DNA from: Nitrospirota bacterium
GTDB taxonomy: Bacteria; Nitrospirota; UBA9217
DNA length: 64,000 bases
Direction of reading: 5' to 3'
Assembly: GCA_963751455.1 (NCBI GenBank)
Contig: CAVVUN010000015.1
Location: 864,001-928,000 of the forward strand
In this document: in pieces, positions 61,147 to 64,000 of the stretch
Position numbering within the stretch: the stretch's first letter is position 1
How the letters are laid out: every line of letters begins with the position of its first letter
Position numbers and translations under genes: made by a program
The notes under the pieces: model-generated
The model's database searches: none
What the model was told of the DNA's origin: nothing
The model's input: the letters and a program-made list of their open reading frames with translations, nothing else

Positions 61147-61978
61147 TTCAATTACGGATTGTACCATGCTCTTGCGATACGCGGGCACACGCAAAATGCG
61201 GAGTGGAGCCCCCTCCGGCAGGAGCCGGGGGATGCCAAGGCGCGGGATTGCGGATTGGAAAAGCAGTAATCAAAATCCAAAATCCGAAATTCGCCTGCAC
61301 CCGGTCGGTTACGAGTGCGGCAGCGCGAGTGCAGGGCGAAATCCGCAAGCGAAAGGGTTTACCCTCCTTGAGGTTCTCCTCGCCATGGCGATTTTAGCCA
61401 TTATCAGCACGGTGATATACGGCACCTTTACGAATTCAGCCAGGAATATCGAGCAGGCCGAGCAGAGCCGGGATGAAACCGATATGGCGCGCGCACTCCT
61501 AGGCCGGCTTTCGAACGATATTGCCAATGCGTATACCAAGAGTACCATTACCAACATACCGGTAATATTTTACGGGAAAAAAGAAGAGCTTTCCGGTGAG
61601 ACCGGGAAAGAGGATTATAAAATCAGGCACGACGAAATCCACATGACGACGCTCACAAACTGGCCTAAACACGAGTCGAAAGAAACGGAGCTGTGGGAAG
61701 TAGGATATTTTTTTAAGGAAAAGCCGGAAGGAAAAGGATACACGCTATTCCGTCGCGAAAAGCGGGAGCTGAGCAGCAGTGTGCCTGCCCTTGATGGCGG
61801 CACGGAGTACGAGATAACGGACCGGGTGAAAAGCCTTCAAATCAAGTATCTGGACGGATCAAACTGGACTGATAACGGCTGGAACAGAAGAACATCGCCT
61901 CCAAGGGCCGCTGAAATAGTTATTATTTTCGATAGTGGCAAGCTGTATACCACGAAGGTCGATGTAGGAAGCAGTTAG
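61139..61978 (+). CDS. gspJ: minor pseudopilin J with repeat-expanded leader
   Basis: GFTLLEVLLAMAILA after a 73-aa leader; EVGY, LFRRE; operon order. Confidence 0.88.
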   Translation: MNDSITDCTMLLRYAGTRKMRSGAPSGRSRGMPRRGIADWKSSNQNPKSEIRLHPVGYECGSASAGRNPQAKGFTLLEVLLAMAILAIISTVIYGTFTNSARNIEQAEQSRDETDMARALLGRLSNDIANAYTKSTITNIPVIFYGKKEELSGETGKEDYKIRHDEIHMTTLTNWPKHESKETELWEVGYFFKEKPEGKGYTLFRREKRELSSSVPALDGGTEYEITDRVKSLQIKYLDGSNWTDNGWNRRTSPPRAAEIVIIFDSGKLYTTKVDVGSS

Positions 61979-61983
61979 GAACA

Positions 61984-62832
61984 ATGGAATCTGGAGACAT
62001 AAAAAAAAGGCGGACAGTAAACGGGGATGAACGAGGGATTGCGCTCCTGATCGTGCTGCTGGTTACGGCGCTTCTGATTGCACTTATCTTTGAATTCGCC
62101 TACGCCACCCGCATCAGCATGAACAGCGCGGTGAATTTTCGAGACAGCCAGCGTGCGTATTTCCTTGCCCGCTCCGGCATCACGGCGTTCAAAAAATACG
62201 GCCAGGCACTTCGCGACATTATTCCGCAGGGTGTCTGGAGCCCGATTCCCGGCATCGGTGAGGCGGATACCATAATTATGGCCAAATGGGAAGATGAATC
62301 GGGCAAGATCAAAATTAATGACATAAGAAATAAGGCAACGCAGGAAGTGGTCGGTAAGCTATTTGAGAACAAGGGAATCGAAACGGATGTGGTTACCAAT
62401 ATGGCGGCGCAATCGGTTGATATCGGCAAAATAACACTATTGTCGGAACTCCGTCAGTACATGAGCGGGGATGACTTTGAAAAAATTTCGAGTTTTTTGA
62501 CGATTGCTCCGGTAAGCAATAACGAAGTAAAAATTAATGTAAACACTGCCGCTGCTGATGTACTTCAGAGTCTCGGAATAGATGCCTATGAAGCGGATAG
62601 AATTGTCAAAGAAGGGCAAAGTAAACCGTATGTTGCCGAGGATCTGACGAGCAGGGGAAGACTAGCAACTCTTTCAAATATAAAAATTGATGGATTGATC
62701 CTTCCTGTTCTTTTAAAAACGCAATCAAGCGGTTTTTATAAAATTTATGCCTACGCTACGGTAGGCGGATATACCAAGCAGGTTGAGGCTATTCTAAACG
62801 GAACCAGTGTTTCCTACTGGAGAGCATTGTGA
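61984..62832 (+). CDS. gspK: minor pseudopilin K
   Basis: GIALLIVLL, QRAYFLARSG, DESGKIKIN, KINVNTA. Confidence 0.9.
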   Translation: MESGDIKKRRTVNGDERGIALLIVLLVTALLIALIFEFAYATRISMNSAVNFRDSQRAYFLARSGITAFKKYGQALRDIIPQGVWSPIPGIGEADTIIMAKWEDESGKIKINDIRNKATQEVVGKLFENKGIETDVVTNMAAQSVDIGKITLLSELRQYMSGDDFEKISSFLTIAPVSNNEVKINVNTAAADVLQSLGIDAYEADRIVKEGQSKPYVAEDLTSRGRLATLSNIKIDGLILPVLLKTQSSGFYKIYAYATVGGYTKQVEAILNGTSVSYWRAL

Positions 62833-64000
62833 AAATTGTTGGTCTTAAAATAGAAAAGGGGCTGGTTTCCGCTTCCCTTGTTGAAAAGGGTTTCCGTATT
62901 GATAAAGGTTTCGGCAGCACGGAACTGGTCGATTCTTTCACCCGTCCCTATACGAGCGAAGCGGAGCTGGTGGAGATCCTGAACAGCAGTTCCAAAAGCT
63001 GGGAAGGAGCAACGATCGTCTCCGCCATACCCGGGCACCTCTTCAGCCAGCGTCTGGTCCATTTTCCGTTTTCGGACTACAAACGGGTCGAAAAGGCATT
63101 GCCATTCGAGGTCGAGGACAGCCTGCCTTTCCCAATCGACGACGTGATAATCGACCACGTGGTCCTGAACGGCATCAAAGGAGGCAAGGGCGGGGATGCA
63201 ATGACCGAGGCGGCCGTGCTGTGCATGCTGCTCCCCAAAGAGGTCCTGAAGCGGCATCTCGAAATGCTTGCCGCCGCGGGAATTGATCCACAGGTTGTCG
63301 TGCCTTCATACGTCGGCCTGCATTCGCTTTCAAAAATGATGCCGGTCGAAGGGTGCATAATCATGACCTGCGGCAAGGATTTTTGTCTCCGCGCTGACGG
63401 AGCCATAAAAGCGCTGAGAAGCTTCTCAGACGGGGGAGCTACCGCCGGTTTGCTCCATACGGTCAAGGCTCTGGAGACCGAGTGCAAGGAGCGGGTGGAA
63501 AAGGCCGTGCTTCTCTGCCCCAACGGCGAGGAACAGGACCGGCTTGCGCAGCTTGGTATTGCAGTCGAGCATGTGGCGCCGGAACTGGGCGGCAAAAAAG
63601 CAGCTGATCCGCTCAGCCTCGGTATCGCCCTCGCCGAACAGATCAATTTCCGGAAAGGCGAATTCGGCTATCATGTCGAGGACCAGGACGTACGCCGCAG
63701 AAAAATGACGCTCGCAGCGGCCGCCGCGGTTGCCGTGGTGCTTTTCATCGCCAACCTCGGCGTCAAATTTTACGTGATTGAAACGTCCTATGGCAAACTG
63801 GACAAAGAGATCAGGGCCATTTACCGGCAGGCCGTACCGGATGCGAAGTCGGTCGTCGACCCGGTCAGGCAGCTGAGGAGCAGTTTCGAAGACGCGAAAC
63901 GCAAGTACGGAGTGCTTGGAACCGGAACCTCGGCGCTGGATGCGATGAAGGCGGTGAACGACGGCATACCCAAGGAAGTGCGGTTGGTGTTCCAGGAGTT
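62829..64000 (+). CDS. gspL: type II secretion protein L (truncated at window end)
   Basis: GTG overlapping the gspK stop; RLVHFPF..ALPFEVEDSLPF, INFRKGEF then a TM segment; open to the edge. Confidence 0.85.
   Translation, partial: MKIVGLKIEKGLVSASLVEKGFRIDKGFGSTELVDSFTRPYTSEAELVEILNSSSKSWEGATIVSAIPGHLFSQRLVHFPFSDYKRVEKALPFEVEDSLPFPIDDVIIDHVVLNGIKGGKGGDAMTEAAVLCMLLPKEVLKRHLEMLAAAGIDPQVVVPSYVGLHSLSKMMPVEGCIIMTCGKDFCLRADGAIKALRSFSDGGATAGLLHTVKALETECKERVEKAVLLCPNGEEQDRLAQLGIAVEHVAPELGGKKAADPLSLGIALAEQINFRKGEFGYHVEDQDVRRRKMTLAAAAAVAVVLFIANLGVKFYVIETSYGKLDKEIRAIYRQAVPDAKSVVDPVRQLRSSFEDAKRKYGVLGTGTSALDAMKAVNDGIPKEVRLVFQE

Noticed and set aside
1-64000. CRISPR array
   Set aside because: Repeats are degenerate, short-period and inverted; no identical 23-47 bp repeats with unique spacers and no cas genes
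1-64000. tRNA or rRNA genes
   Set aside because: No cloverleaf with T-loop and acceptor stem, or rRNA-like tract, recognised by eye

Overview
A gene-dense bacterial chromosome segment (backbone roughly mid-50s % GC by eye; gene content suggests a Gram-negative Nitrospirota/Desulfobacterota-like organism, which is inference). Housekeeping blocks: tilS-hpt-ftsH-folP-cdaA-cdaR-glmM-comEC; LysR and CCA-type nucleotidyltransferase; aroC-aroK-aroB; mqnB-mqnD-lemA-M48 protease-moaD/E; ccdA-MerR; aspS-cdsA-dxr-rseP-ispG-proS; a PilB/GspE ATPase, CNNM protein, mdh-fumarase-apt; namZ and a murU-amgK fusion; and a type II secretion operon gspC-L running off the right edge. Two things stand out. (1) An AT-richer island at about 13.86-19.86 kb has six co-oriented orphan genes behind a strong promoter, punctuated by whole and half attC-like sites with no integrase in view. 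It looks like a decaying integron-cassette (CALIN-like) array carrying two PD-(D/E)XK-type nucleases and a caspase/CHAT-like lipoprotein. (2) A pervasive set of nested palindromic micro-elements (7-, 8- and 9-mer tandem inverted repeats, REP-like hairpins) sits in many intergenic gaps and has also entered coding sequence in frame (TilS loop, MqnB C-terminus, leaders of pseudopilins GspH/I/J). Single-base frameshifts in folP, cdaA, comEC, gspD and the first island gene are most likely sequencing errors. No tRNA, rRNA or CRISPR array was seen.
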